A DNA stretch of 64,000 bases from Hormiphora californensis (GCA_020137815.1 CM035362.1:4402001-4466000); one strand, 5' to 3'; shown: positions 23,859 to 43,260, counted from the stretch's first letter. Numbers and translations: made by a program. Notes: generated by a model from the letters alone, not told the origin.

Positions 23859-26312
23859 ATTTTAAGGCCCTCCCGTCTGCTTTAAATATCTTCTCAGAAG
23901 TTTTTGTTCAAAATTTACTGTTTTGTTCCCCCACTATACGCAACAAGAATTTGACTTCTTCTCTCTATTATCACAAAAGATATATCTTTTTGTTGTTATG
24001 TTCTAACCCTCCCTTTACATTTGTAAATGTCTTTTCTGTAAAGGTGTGATTCGGGGGCGCGGCGCCCGAAACACAGTCTAACCAGGCAATCTTTTTGTTC
24101 GATATGTCGTGTTTTTTTTGTGGAAGAAAGCTCAATCTCAAAATTATTGTCAGAACATATATTACATAAGCGATTCCGTAGAAAATTCTATAGAACATGG
24201 TTCACAGTCTCTTCCACATGTGAAGTGGTCACCTCATGTGGCAATACTCACGTGCTCTCTCCCTTGGTGAGGAAGGGAGGGGGGAGCCATGTTACTCAAT
24301 AGCTGATTTTACACACTTTTCTAGTTCCATTCCCCCCGACTAGCTCTTCTTCTCTGGAAGTTTCTCATTGTTATATTTACATATTTCAACTTTCTGAAAT
24401 ATGTGTCTTTCATTTCTCTGCGTTGTCACCTAGCTCAGAACACTCCTCCACAGACCTACACAACTGTATATTGTTGACCGCCTGGCGCCTCCAGAGAAAT
24501 AAAGTTCCTTATTTCTTAAGCTTTTTCTCCTCTTCAACCCGTTGTGAGAAGGGCACGAGGAGAAGCGTGATTTCGGAGAGCGTGTACTGCATGTGTGGTG
24601 AAAAGCTCCTTCACATCAGTTATTTTCTCTTCCTCGGGACCGACAAACTTTACAAACAAATTGTCCATTGACTTGCCAAAAAGACCAAACAGTCCTACCC
24701 TGATTCCATCCGGTATATCGGACAGAGACTCTCTTTCTGCTTGTTGAAATCACTTTAGTCTCCGGGGTCACCGTGGCCATGGAGCCCGAAGATGTTTAGC
24801 GACCGCAACGATATTTACATTTTATACAAGATCTATCAATACATAATTCGAATATATTATATTATAATAATAATAATAATAATAATATTCCGTGCTTATA
24901 TACCGCCCATACCCGACGGAAACATGTCAAAATATTGGCGATGCTCCGTCTGGTCATCAGAGCGGTATATCCTCGAGTAAATATATGACACACACAAACA
25001 CTCTGGTTGAAAAAGACAATATATAGAAGCCGATATAACTGGACTAATAAAACTGATGGAAAAAACTGGTCCCATAAACCTGTAGATATAAATTTAAAAC
25101 ACACTATACTCACACCTGCTAGGAAAAAGGGATACTAGGTATACCCAATTTATGTATACAATGATTTCTATTTTTTGAACTAGTAAAACACATTTTGTGA
25201 GAAGTTTGGAGGTTTAGTGGTTTGAACACGATCTCCGTCTGACAATTTCTTTTTGCCACTTTTTAGACATTTAGCCACGTTCCACTTGCATTGAATTTCC
25301 CTACGCCGGTAGCTGTGATCATAATTGGTAATTCACCAATCACGATGACCAATGGTGACTCACCATTGGTGAGGCCTTGTCTCGGCCATGTTCACGTTCA
25401 CTGCCTTCTAAATAATTGGAGAATAGACAGGGGGTGTGATAAATGGGTGATTTTGGAATTTCGATACACCCACTCGAATGACTCAATAGACAGCCAGTTG
25501 TGCATTGATGATGAGGTCTGCGGAATGGAGTGAGACCGAGAAAATATCAAAGAAGGGAGAGAGAAAGAGAGAGATAGTGAGACAGAGAGAGAAATTCACC
25601 TTTCACACCCGCCGCTAACCAGCTGTGTGTGCCTTTCTTCTAGTTCTATTTCTTTTTATTTTCCAATATATACCACCTCTCCGCTCTCCCCCTCCTATCA
25701 TCATCATTTCTTGTTTTCAACCTCTTCTTTCCTCCTACTCATGATGTGATGTGATTCTCTCTGTGATTCTCCACCTCTCTGTATTTTATATATTTTTCTT
25801 CATCCTAGGACCTAGCATTGTCTACTTTACTTTTTCTCAATGAATGATGAATTTCCGTTTTGCCTTTGTTCCTTTTTATTCACGAAATCTCATAATTCGA
25901 AAGAGTTCGTATACCCGGATGTACCTTTTGAGTAAAATAATGGAGATCCCGTTTCTGTCACAAGCTACTCAGCTAATATAATTATTGGACAAACTTCGAG
26001 AAACATTCTTTCTCTTGCTATCTTTCTCTCACTTTCTCTCACTTTCTCTTTCTCTCACTTTCTCTCACTTTCTCACTTTCTCTCACTTTCTCTTTCTCAC
26101 CTATTTATTGGGACCCGGTAACTGATTTCTAAGCCAATGTTACTCTCCTACCTTTCCAAGTACAACTTTCAGCACTGTGTACATCCTGATTCAAAAAGTT
26201 GCCGTGTCATTCCCAATTACATGAGTCGTATTTTCCTTTCTTCTCTCTTTCTCTTTTCTCTCTCTTTCTCTTTTCTCTCTCTCTCTCTCTCTCTCTCCCT
26301 CTCTCTCACTAA

Positions 26313-26416
<104 letters not shown>

Positions 26417-27555
26417 ATCGCCCATTTTCGTCACTGTTTTTTCCTGTTTTCTTTTAAGTTAATTTGTGGTGAAAGATACGTAACTTACTGTCAGGTGACG
26501 AACCACGAATCGAGATAGTGAGTGCCCCGATTTGAATGAAACTCGGTCGAAAATGTTAGTCCTCAAGTCATAAATTTACCAAAAAAATTACAAAAAAACA
26601 CGTCATTGTGATCAAAGCGTGAGTTTTGTTGTTACTATGAACTATAAATCATCCCTGAAATGAGACGCTAAAGTTTAAATCATCATTGAAAGAAGACCTG
26701 AGAGAGAGAGAAATGAAAGTCTACCAAATTCCACTATAATTAAGTTTTCTAAACTCTACCACCGATCTCCCCCTCTATCTTGTTCTGTATCTATTCTATA
26801 GAACTCGTGATGTTAGCTACCGGATGTAACCGGATACCTGTATGATCTGTGACTTTTCCAGTTTTGTTTTTGGACCTCATTAGCCCTTAATTTAATTCGA
26901 ACCGCCCCCTTCCCGCCCTATATAATGCCACTTTTGTGATAATATTCTTTGGAAATGAATACAATTATTACTGATGCTTCCATGCCTTGTCAAATATAAT
27001 CAGTTCCAGTGATTCACCTCACTATATTACAATCAATGTTGCGATTTAAATACTTCTTATTCGTGACATTGGCCGCCCACTTGTGGAAAAGCAATAAATG
27101 GTAGCGAACGGCGTCTTAGTCGGAGGTAACGCTTTGTTATGCGGGCGATATCACAGACCACCACTTTGACTGTCGATGCAACATTTAAAGTTTCTTTGTA
27201 GACTTTTGCAGACTTGTTAAGTATTGGGCGATTGATTTGACCAAAAACGTATTTTTTTAAAATTTTTCGGTCCACAACCAAGCTCCAAGTAGTGGAGCTG
27301 TGGTTTAAAGATAAATGAAGGATAGTGATTGGATGGTGAAAGTTAAAATATAAAACAAATCTATTAATTTAAATGAGAGCGTGAAAGGAAGAAAAAGTGA
27401 AAATATATCGCAATATCATGTATTTGACCTATGTTCTAACAACAGGGTCTAGCTAGGCAATAATATTGGACCATTGGTCTCTTTCCGATACACACTTATT
27501 ATATTTTCCATTGTTTTCTTTCTTTTTGTTCTGGGCCCATAGATTTGGATTTGGA

Positions 27556-27588
<33 letters not shown>

Positions 27589-27620
27589 ATTCTCTCTCCC
27601 TCTCTCTCTCACACTCTTTC

Positions 27621-27685
<65 letters not shown>

Positions 27686-28221
27686 GCTCACGACGTACGT
27701 GGTGTACCCCTCTCTTCCTGCTAACTTATGGGCCACTTCTATCACCTATCACCTGTCTCTCTCCCTTTTGACTTTTGAGAAAGTTCTAGCTGTAGTAAGT
27801 TCATAAATAAATTAACGAAAGGGCCTATACCAACCATCACATTTTGCTTCTGGCACTTTCTTGTTTATTCTCCTTGCCATAAAGTTGTAACCCCTCAGAC
27901 TCAGGGAGAACATATATTTCTTAACTTTTCATCTAGACTGAGAGAGAGGATGAACAATTTAATCTTTTTCATGATGTTATTTTGACGTGTCTCTTGGGCA
28001 CATTATAATGTGTGTGCGGTCGTGTATATTATGACATAAGTTTAATTGGCCATGATAGTAGAGAGAGAGAGAGAGAAAGAGGGAGAGAGAGAGAGAGAGA
28101 GAGAGAAAGGGAGAGAAAGGGAGAGAGACAGACAGAGAGGGATATGTTCAAAGTGTGTGAGGTAGTAGTGATATCACTCTCAATCGCCGATTATTTCCTT
28201 TTTGTCTGCCTGCTCTCTCTA

Positions 28222-28310
<89 letters not shown>

Positions 28311-29532
28311 CCCTCCCTCTCTATCTCTCATTTTCTTTCTCTTCCTGGCATTGTGATACTGTCGTCAGCTGCCTCATTGTGGCTAATTACCTTCCTTCAT
28401 TGAGAACGTCACTCAGAATTTCTAGAGAAACTATCTCTATAAATGTCTGAGAGAGGTAGAAGCTTGGAAGAAAAGTCTGGTAGACGAGAGAACGGGAGGA
28501 AATTTGTGAAGTAGGGCAGCGATAGGGGCAACTATCGATACTGATATGATATATAAAAGAGACAGAATGGAGTCAGATAGAAGGGAAGGGGACAAAAGCG
28601 AGTGAGGCAGAGAGATTATAGAGAGACAGAGAGAATGAGAGATAGAGAAAGAGGAAGATAGAAAGAGAGATAGATAGATAGATAGATAGAAAGAGAGGAG
28701 GAAACATGTCAGAAAATACCTGGTTGTCCTGACACGTGATATCTCTCCACAGCCCACAGCCATGTACAATCGGTCACGTGACTAAAACACGTGATTTTGT
28801 GTGTGCTCTCCCCCTCAAAACACAATTTCCTTCTAAGAAGAAGTCAGGGAGAGAGAGGGAGAGAAAGAAAGAGAGAGAAAGAGAGATAGATCTACTCAAT
28901 AAATCTAAAAAGTGAGGTAGCTATCTGTGCGATAGATTTAGAAAGTTTGTGTGAGAGAATGAGCAGTGAGAAGCCGAGAGGGAGAGAGAGAGAGAGTGAA
29001 AGAGAGAGGTGAGATGAATTTAAATAGCGAAGAACACGCTTGTGAACATGCCCTTCTTAGTTTGATGATGTTGTTGTACTTCGAACTGAGATAATGATTT
29101 TACGCATTCTGTGATGATGTAATTCTGCGGAATGCCGGAAACCATTAACCGTCTTTCTCCCCCCCTACGCCCCGTTAGAACATGAATGATGAAATCATCC
29201 TGAAATAGTGTTATCAAAACGGGTTTGTTTGCTTTTAATTCTTCCGGTTTAATGAGATCTTTTTACCGTGAATTTTACTTGATTGTGACTTTTTGGCAGA
29301 ACACCATCCCGTTTTGATGTTCTTTTTAAAAATACAGCTTCTTTAGTGGGGTGGACTTCGTAGCTACCAATTATCTTATGATCCATTGCACTGAATTAAT
29401 TAAATTTATATCAACATTCATTATTCAAACGATTTTAGATACCTTTGCGTGAAATACTTCGTGAAATACCTCGTACAGAAGGCGAGGTTGCACCCAGTGC
29501 AATTTCACAACTTCCTTTGTTTATTTTGCACA

Positions 29533-29639
<107 letters not shown>

Positions 29640-29801
29640 GAGAGAAAGAGAGAGAGAGAGAGAGAGGAAGAAGAGAGAGAGTTTGTTTGTGTGAGAGAGA
29701 TCAGAGGAAGGGGGATGAAATCTAAGGTAAATGTACATTTTGTAATGCTGTTTTACTCTTGTTACTCTTGTTCTGCGTTCTCCATCCATCCTCTTCTACT
29801 T

Positions 29802-29865
<64 letters not shown>

Positions 29866-29901
29866 CTCTCTCTCTCTCTCTCTCTCTCTCTCATCTCTCT
29901 C

Positions 29902-29957
<56 letters not shown>

Positions 29958-30169
29958 TCGCTCCCACTTCATTAGTTGCGCATCTCATTACACGCATCTT
30001 CCTCAGAAGAAGAAATGGCAGGATATGGCAGTTTCTAGAACATTTTCCCTTTTGCGTGATAGTATTGCATAACATCTTTCTGAGAAAAACAAGGATTGTT
30101 TTATCGCTCCAGCGCAGCATTTTCTGCATGTATGATTATTCGGGGCCTGGCACCCGAAAATAACCCAAA

Positions 30170-30390
30170 CTCAATCCATCCCTACCGACTCACAGTTTGG
30201 TGACTGATCAGTAGGGATCGGGAATTGAACCTCGGACCTTCTGCATACGAGCTGGGAATAACTACCCACTACTGTAACAGTCGGATCCCGATTTACTGGG
30301 ATGGTCGGGGGAAGGGTTTTGTCCGGTATATACATATATCAGGGTGCCCGGTAAATCGGGGTCCGACTGTATAACACCACTGTGCCAGTC
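30170..30390 (-). mobile_element. tRNA-derived SINE-like head interrupted by a family B MITE (30278-30369)
   Basis: Minus strand shows a box A-like TGGCACAGTGG (~30387-30377) and a box B GGTTCAATTCC (~30231-30221). No complete cloverleaf. Confidence 0.55.
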
Positions 30391-30585
30391 ACTAGTAATA
30401 ATATAATAATTACTGATTAGTGATTATCCGTGATATTCGGGCGGATATATATCCGGGTTATATGTATATAATAACCCGGATATTATATACCGGATATATA
30501 CATGTATGTATCCAAATAGTTTTACAGTCGGGCCTAAATATAATATTGGGCTATTATATTACCCCCACCCGTGTATAATTATTAT

Positions 30586-31063
30586 TAGGGGTTGCTAAGT
30601 TGAAAATTTTTGAATACACAATTTTAAAGTGTTGCACGTGTATTGGGATGTTCTAGGGGCTAATTTCCGTGTTTTGAAATTTTAAAATTTCAAAATTTTT
30701 TTTCGATTTTTTCCCGATTTTTCACCGAAAACAAGGGTCACAAAAGTGGCTTGCGACTCGAAGCGGCTTAACCGTTTGGGCTGAAACTTCGAATATCAGT
30801 AGAAAATTACCCACTGAATACCAGACATATTGTTCGAAAGCGATATTTTGAGTATACAGCAAGGTATACAAAATATAGTGCTCCATTGACTTCATTAACC
30901 CAAAAATTCCCATTATTTACGCAAAAACGCGGGTTATGAAAGTCGCTTGCGACTCGAAGCGGCTCAACCGTTTGGGCTGAAACTTCGGAAATCAGTAGAA
31001 AATTACCCACTGAATACCAGACATATTGTTCGAAAGCGATATTTTTCAACTTAGCAACCCCTA
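30586..31063. mobile_element. ~480-bp MITE with TAGGGGTTGCTAAGTTGAAAA TIRs and an internal ~100-bp direct repeat
   Basis: TIRs are read directly. Internal repeat at ~30749-30848 and ~30944-31043. No convincing long TSD. Confidence 0.8.
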
Positions 31064-31454
31064 GTGTATATACTGGTCGACCCGGAAAATCGGGCTACGC
31101 AGGTTCAGGTAGTCCAAAAACACAATTCTTATCTCTCGAATTCTTGATGTGTATCGAATTCGACAGAGAAAAAAAAAAGTTTTCCACTGTTTTCTTTCCT
31201 TTTTATTACTTCTTCCGTCTGGAACCATAGATTTCGATAGATACCTCGGTAGATATCTCTCTCTCCCTCTCTCTCTCTATTTTTTTATCTCTCAAAGATT
31301 CTCTCTCCCTCATCTCATTTTCCTTCTCTATTTTTGCACTTTTCTCACTGTGTCTTGACTCCCTTCTCTCTCCCTCTCTACTTGCTCTGCTGCTACTACT
31401 CAATGTTCTCAACCCGCTAGGTCTTTCTCCCCTCTGGCTCACTGCCAGTTCCAT

Positions 31455-31557
<103 letters not shown>

Positions 31558-31746
31558 GTGAATCACGTGTAGGGTTGAATTAGTGAGAGATACAGGCTGG
31601 CACTGGTAGCTGATTGGTTCACAGAAGTCACAATGTCCACCACGTGATAGTCATATGCCGGTACCGGGGGAGCGTCACGTGGTGAGAGAGAGATAGAGAG
31701 AAAGAGACAGAGTTAGAGAGAGAGGGAGAGAGAGAGACTCTCTCTA

Positions 31747-31802
<56 letters not shown>

Positions 31803-31949
31803 ACACAGCGATATCTCTCTCTCCTTCTTTTAGAGTTGAGAGTTGCTGCGTGTGTGTTACTTCACCCTATACACACTCATTGTGGTCCCAGATCTATAAC
31901 ACACATACATATTGTGTCTTGTTTTGAGTGAGAGAGAGAAAGAGAGAGA

Positions 31950-32017
<68 letters not shown>

Positions 32018-32021
32018 GAGA

Positions 32022-32063
<42 letters not shown>

Positions 32064-32718
32064 GAGAGTGAGAGAGAGATACTATTCAGAATCTCTTCCG
32101 GCCCTTAACAGATATAATAACTGCACTATGCATTTCATAATGAACTATGCATTTCATAATGAACTTACCATATATACATTATATATTGTATAGTTTCATT
32201 TTACCATAGTAGCTCACTCCCTGTTTCATAATAGCTCCCCTTACTGCCCCTCTCTAAATATAGTTATGTAGTTTTATGTAGTTTTGCAAACATAGTATAG
32301 TGTCGAGTATCGACTTTGAAATTGTGTTATCATGAATAGTTTTTATTAAGTATAGAGAGTTTTACATAAATTAAATGTAATAGAGAGTTTATAATGTAGA
32401 GAGAGAGAGAGCCATTTCATGTTGTCCTCCATTGTTACAAACACTCCTCCCCCCCTTGTTATGTTCTTACCTTCCTTTCCGATGCGAGGTCAACCCCCTC
32501 AACAATCGTAAGACTAGGTGACACCCAGGTGACGAGTTTAAATAATAGTTAATCATGTTCCAAATCATTCTTTAATATCTCAGTCTGAAATTTGTTGAAT
32601 TTCGTCTCAGCAATATATCTTTTTAATTTCTCGCTTTTTAACTTCGACAGTTCGATAAAGTTGCTGTAAATTTGTCAGCAGCCTGTCATTTCGAGTAAGT
32701 CATTATTTAATTGAAATA

Positions 32719-32890
32719 CAGTCGGACCCCGATATATTGGGATCCTCGGGGGAAAGGATTTTGCCCAGTAAATCGAGGTGCCCGGTATATCGGGGTCAAA
32801 TACCGTTATTTTCTCATATCGGGGGAAGTTTATCCTCCCGGTAAATCGGGGTTCCGGTAAATCGGGGCACGGTAAATCGGGGTCCGGCTG
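32719..32890. mobile_element. Family B MITE
   Basis: TA-CAGTCGGACCCCGAT...ATCGGGGTCCGGCTG-TA. Confidence 0.9.
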
Positions 32891-32984
32891 TAATATCTTT
32901 GCAATTTTCGATTTTTATAGTTTGTATTGGTGTCATCCGTAACATCAGATTTTTGATTTATACCATTCTAATAAACACACATTG

Positions 32985-34257
32985 CAGGGGTGGCCCCAGC
33001 ACGGATTTTTTGGGGGGGTGGTGTGGCCGAAGGCCACACTTCAACTCCACCTAGCGACCGAGGTGCCGCGAAGCGGCGCCGAGGGAGCTGCGGCAAGGGG
33101 TTATGGGGGGCGCAGCCCCCCCACGGGGTCCAGCAGGCCCTTGGTGGGGCAGGGGGCGAAGCCCCGGAAAATTTAGTTTTTGATGAAATTTAAGCAATTT
33201 AGCAAAACTTTTTTTAACAATTTCACGCCCTTTTTAGAAAACTTTTCAACGAGTTTCAGTCACAGGGGCGAAGCCCCCGGAAATTTTAATGAATTAAAGC
33301 AATTTAGAACAATATTTTATTCGTTTTCAGCCCTTGGTGGGGCAATTTCGGTAGTAATAAGATTAGGTCGTTGCGCAAGCCAAATGGCGCCATATGGCGC
33401 ATTTTGGCGCGCACGAACCTAATCTTTCCATCCTACCCAATTTTTCAGCCCTTTCTACACCAAGCAGCCCTTTTAAAAAAAGAACTTTTTTTGATGGTAA
33501 AAACACACAGAACAGCCCACTGTTGTGGGTAAGGGGCGAAGACCCCGGAAAATTTTAGTTTTTGATCAATTTTATAAAGCAATTTAGAACATATTTTAAA
33601 CGATTTTCGCCCACCTTGCCCTTGGTGTGGGTAGAAGGAGAGTAGAGTGGTGCGGGTGAAGAGGTGGAGAAGGGCAAAGTAAACGACAGGGGGAAGGAAG
33701 ACCAAAAGGCCCAGGGCGAAGAAGCCCATACAGCACTAGCCGCCCCCCCGAAAAATTTTTAGATTTTGGATATCACTTAAACAATTTAAAGAAACACACT
33801 TTAAAAAAGAATAAAAAAAATAAAAGCTATTTTAATTTATTTAACCACCCCCCCCCCCCATTTTTTTTTTTTTAATAACCACCAACCCCCTTTATTTATA
33901 TTTATTTTTTAATAAAAATATAAACTTTTTATTTTTAATTTATATTTACCCACATCCAATAATTAAAATTAATAAAATTTAGATGATATAAATTTTAACC
34001 ACACCCCCCACCCACATAAAAGTAAATTATTTAAAAAATAATATTTATATTTTAAAAATTTATAAATAATTTAAAATATAAATAATACCATTTTAAATTT
34101 TTTTTTATTAAAATTTTAAAACCCAAAATTTTAAAAATTAAAATTAAAATTTTATTTTATTTACCACCGCCCCCCAAAAACCCCCTGTGTTGAAAAAGTT
34201 TTGGGGGGGGGTGGGCCCGCCCCCCCCCCACCCAAGGCTGGGCCCCAACTACCACTG
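32985..34257. mobile_element. 1.27-kb non-autonomous hAT-like element (interior partly low-quality sequence)
   Basis: CAG...CTG ends with 8-bp TSD ACACATTG (32977-32984, 34258-34265). Internal GGGGCGAAGCCCC repeats. Confidence 0.75.
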
Positions 34258-35546
34258 ACACATTGCACACACACACAACACATGACATTCTCAATTTCTA
34301 TCGCTATCCATATCTCTCTCTCTCTCTCTCTCTCCATCTCTCCTCTCATCTTCTCTCCTCTCCTCTCCTCTCTCTCTTCATCTCTCTCTACTCTCTCCTC
34401 TTTTGTTCCGTGTCTCCTTCTTTTCCTTCCCGGTTGATCCTGTGACGATCAAAGGCTAGAGCTACACGCACGCTCTCTCTTTACTGAAAAGATATAAATA
34501 TTGAGGAGTACCGTTGTGAAGAGGAGGAGAAGGGAGAGAGCGAGAGAGCGAGAAGAGAGAAGAGAGAGAGGAAGGAGAATATTATTGAACGGTATACGGT
34601 ATACTGCCATGATCTTACAACAGCTAATGTATAGTAGCTATTTCGTTTTGAATTATATATTCCGTTAGTACTTTCGTCTTTCTAGATTTTATAAAATTGT
34701 GCAATCTTTGGGTGTGGTCAAACAAATTCAATTGTCCGTTGTTTCAAAAAGTTTCCGGGATTTCAAAAAAAACTGTTTCCACAAAACAGATTTTTTATTT
34801 AATTTATTATTCCCCCTTTTTGTGTTTAGTTTTTGGCTCTTTAACCGAATTCGATTTAAATAATTACAATGTTCAATAAATATGTGATGGTTTTTTTTGG
34901 AGCGACCAAAATAAATTTCAATGTCCCCAAAGATATATTTCTTTTGTTGTATAGGCAAATGTCAAAATTCTCAAAATTCAAACCACACCTCTAGAAGTGT
35001 TTGCATGTGTGGGAAGTGTGTGTTGTTTGTTTAGCCAGCTTTAGCTCGCGAGAGGCAGAGAGAGAGAGAGAGTGAGAGAGAGAGAGAGAGGCAGAATGAG
35101 AGAGAGAGAGCAGGCAGGGAGTGAGAGAGAGAGAGGGAGAGTCGGGAAGAAGGATGATATTTTTGAAGAACACTGGTTGATGTTTATTATATTCTTCTTT
35201 TCTTTTTTATTTAATTTCTATTTTATTATTCTTCTTATCTTTCTTCTTTTCCAGAATCCAAAATCCAAAGCCAGATATAGAATGATATCATGACTAAAAA
35301 TATTCGATCTGTTTCAGTAAATTAGTGATATTAATTTGATAAACAACGCGCACAGTTAATTGGACGGTACTCAACTACGTCATTTCACTCATTGAGATGA
35401 TTATTGGTCGTTTTTTGCACACCAGTCGCCGTGTTTTTTTTTTTCATTCAGCTAAACCCAACCATACATGCTAAACCAATCCAATAATCCAAACCAATAG
35501 AAATCACACATAGAGAATCTAAATTTTGGCCGTGATAAGCTCCAGT

Positions 35547-35623
<77 letters not shown>

Positions 35624-35624
35624 T

Positions 35625-35664
<40 letters not shown>

Positions 35665-35834
35665 GGGGGGGGGGGGGGGGGGGGTGGGTTGGGGGGAAGG
35701 GGGGGGGTGGGGGGGGGGGGGGGGGGGGGGGGCGGGGGGGGGGGGGGGGGGGGGGGAGGGGGGGGGGGGGGGGGGGGGGGGGAGGAGGGGGGGGGGGGGG
35801 GGGAGGGGGGGGGGGGGAGGGGGGGGGGGGGGGG

Positions 35835-39818
<3,984 letters not shown>

Positions 39819-40970
39819 GAATTATATCCACACCATACACTGCGCTCCGGGGTGTCGTGACGTCACCGTGACAGAAACAAGGAATGTTGCTGTTGCACGT
39901 GCTTCGTTATAGCACCCCACGCTGTGCAGTGGCCACCACAAAACCCAACAAACAAATGTATGCTCCCGTCCGGCGTATCGCTACCATCCAACCTACCACA
40001 CAGAGTTGTATATATATCGGCTAACCGTTCGGAACTGTGACAGAAACACCGTGACAGAAAGGATATACCGGTGTTATAGAGCTTCTACTAAAAATATATA
40101 ACGTGTTGTGAGCGAGACGAAAGGAGCTGGCGATACGCTGATCTATGTCCTTTAATTTCATTCCTACCATCACCACGGCCGCGCTGCCATGACAACGAGA
40201 ATTCCATCAGTTCCATGGCAACGGGACGAGAGAATTCCATCAGTTCCGCGGGGGAAATTGAACAATTAAAAAATAGATCAAACAGTTGAACACTATCTGA
40301 GAGATACACGTTGGAGGACAGCACGAGATATCGTGTTTGTTTCTTGCAACCCTCACCACCAAATGACACTACCTATCAGGATACAAAAAGAGAGAGAGAG
40401 AGAGAGAAAGAGCGAAAAAAAAGAAAAAAAGAAGATTGTGAATGGCAAGGACAACACTCATTGTTTCTTTGACTTGTTTTGGATGGCCAGCAACTTGTAA
40501 GGAAGAGACCGTCTCTCTCTCGTCAGTGAAAGAAATATAGAGAGACACTCACTGTGAGGAGAACAGAGTCTATAACTAAAACTCGAGTATACATTTATTT
40601 TGCCTGGACTAGTGATCGATTGTTTGTTGCATCGTCCAAGATGAGTCAGAGAACACGAGAGAGAGAGAGAATGAATGAGGTTATGGTGGGTGACCCATTG
40701 TCACCAGTTTTGGTCTACCATACACACCTTCCACACTCCTTACATTCAATGTGAGGACTGTGGAATGGTGTATAGATCAAAACCTGTGTGTGGAATCATA
40801 TTTGTTATGTTTGTTTGTGAAAGAGAAAGAGCGAAGGAACCATATAAGATGAAGGAACGAGAGAGAGGGAGAGCGAGAGGGGTCTTCGTGAGGTACAGAG
40901 CTGTGTATAATACTGCTGAAAACAGCGCGCCTCACACCTCCAACTCTCCACATTATATACAGAGATGAAA

Positions 40971-41051
40971 CGACCGAATCAGGAAATACTGGTCGCTGAT
41001 TGGCTGATAACCAGTCACGTGACCTAAATAACGAGTTCTGATTGGTTCCTG
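40971..41051. mobile_element. Truncated family A MITE (reverse orientation)
   Basis: Partial match to the consensus. Confidence 0.75.
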
Positions 41052-41146
41052 TTACAGAGATGAAACGAGATCCGAATGATATAAGATGTTTATCCTGAGT
41101 TTATCCATATCGTTGCAAAACTTGATGCACTGTACTTGATGCATAG

Positions 41147-41191
41147 TACAGGGTGTCCCACTGTCACGCAAAGACAGTGGGACACCCTGTA
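41147..41191. mobile_element. Minimal Tc1-type MITE (a similar one lies at ~19983-20026 in the SUCLA2 3' UTR)
   Basis: TA-CAGGGTGTCCCACTGTC...GACAGTGGGACACCCTG-TA. Confidence 0.7.
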
Positions 41192-41968
41192 CTTGTTGCA
41201 ATTGGCACTGTGGAATGGACGGATCATGTCAAACTAAGATGACAAGAGAGAGACCTGAGAGAGATATATATGTCGTGTAAACTATATAGTACGAGACATG
41301 ATATTAATTATAATTAATTAGTTTTAATTAGTTATAATTAATATACTGATATATATAATAATGTAACGTGCATTTTTTCCCTTTGTTTTGTTACTTTCCC
41401 CTTTTATTAGTTTCTTGATACATGTGTAATGATACTGCACTCGATTTTTTATAGTTTACCTGCACGTGTGTGGCGTGTGTTTAATTTGAGAGAGAAATAA
41501 CTTTGCGGCCGAGTATTTTGTGAATTCTTGCCAGAGCAGGCCGTTTAGTTATAAACTGAGATCGGAGGTATCTCTAATATGTCCAACATCCTCCCCCTAC
41601 GTTTATTTTTTGTCACAAAATCGGTAAAATACAATGAGAAAGATGAAAGGGAGAGAAAAAGGTTCGTTAAGTTTTTTCCCCAAAAATAATCCCCGCCAGT
41701 CCATTGTTTTTTTTAAATTTCTCTCCCTGTCCTCTTTTTTTAAATAGTGAAATATAAAGAAAGTTATTCTTGCAACAAAAATTTTTATTGAAAAAAACGA
41801 AATGAAAGAAGAAAGTATGGGGGAGAGCTTTTATTACATATATAGAGAGTGAGACATAGAATTGGAAAATTAAAAATAAATACACTCTTCTATTGCAGTA
41901 GTGCGGAGCTATTATCATTTGTTTATCGAGATTTTCACATCTGTACACTATTGGGTGGACCTCCTAAT

Positions 41969-42087
<119 letters not shown>

Positions 42088-43151
42088 AGAGAATGGGTTT
42101 TATGGAAGAGAGTAAGCGTGTTAATTGAATTCGCTTATATTATTGTCATACACACTAAATAGTGAAATCCCAGAGTTTGTAATGTTTGGGTTGTTTTCAG
42201 GGTCTATTATAATTAAATATGTATCTCCATCTCTCTTTCTCTCTCTTTCACCTATCGCAGAACGAGCAGGAAATGGAAGTTAGAGAGAGAGAGGGAAGGA
42301 GACATCAATTCTACTATTATTGAGCGTCTTACAAAACATTATTTGAACTAGAAAATCAAAATTATGCTCATATTTTTGATTTTCTGGTTTTGTTTAGGTA
42401 TCACCCTGATTGGTGTTTTGTAAGACGTTCTATTATTAAATGTTAGCTGGACTACTACATACCATCTTTTTTTTTGTTTTTTACGCGGCCTATTGTTAAG
42501 AGAGAGAGAGAGATATTAGGATAGAGAGGAAAAAAGATAGAAAAAGAGAGAGAGAGATATCTCAAATGTATTGATCATATATATTGAGATGTGTGCGTGT
42601 TGGAATAAATGTATTGTGTCCGTGTGCGAGGAGAGAGCCATATCTAAATGGAACCACATCGAAAAAACAGAATAACGATTTAGAGACAGAGACAGAAAGA
42701 GAGAAAGAGAGAGAGACCTACCCTCCCGAGAGATATAGTTGTGTTTTCTAAGGTTGTACAGTGGCACTTTGATCTCCGCTGGAGAGTGAAATATATATTA
42801 CCCGGATGATTTGACCGTCCTATGTTATTTTTACGTAACTATACCCCCTGACTCCGCCACTATGCAACCCCTGATCACTAACTTCTTGTTGCCAATTTGC
42901 AACACCTCTCTCGCGTGGATGGGGTGTGAGATTTTTAGAAAACGAGCCCCCCTAAAACGAATTCCCTGTAGTTTTGAAAGAAGGAAGAAAGAATATGAGA
43001 GAGGTATATTTCAAACCCCCCTAATCAAACATATATATGAAGTATTTTACTCATAATTACTGAAACACATGCTTTTCTAGTGGTGTATAAGAGAGAAAGA
43101 GAGAGAGAGCTACTAAAACTTGTACATTGTTTCTATCAGTATACTCGGTAC

Positions 43152-43260
43152 CAGGAACCGACCGAATCAGGAAATACTGGTCCCTGATTGGCTGATAACC
43201 AGTCACGTGACCTAAATAACAAGCTCTGATTGGTTGTTTACTTGTTTCGGTCGGTTCTTG
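43152..43260. mobile_element. Family A MITE (reverse orientation)
   Basis: Full consensus; perfect 8-bp TSD CTCGGTAC. Confidence 0.95.

Noticed and set aside
23705-24049. ORFs containing [36 protein letters not shown] (also 43057-43305)
   Set aside because: Chance open frame of the family A MITE, not a protein domain.
41480-41500. TTAATTTGAG resembling the 3' end of a ctenophore spliced leader
   Set aside because: Not followed by a GT donor or Sm site, so it is not an SL RNA gene.
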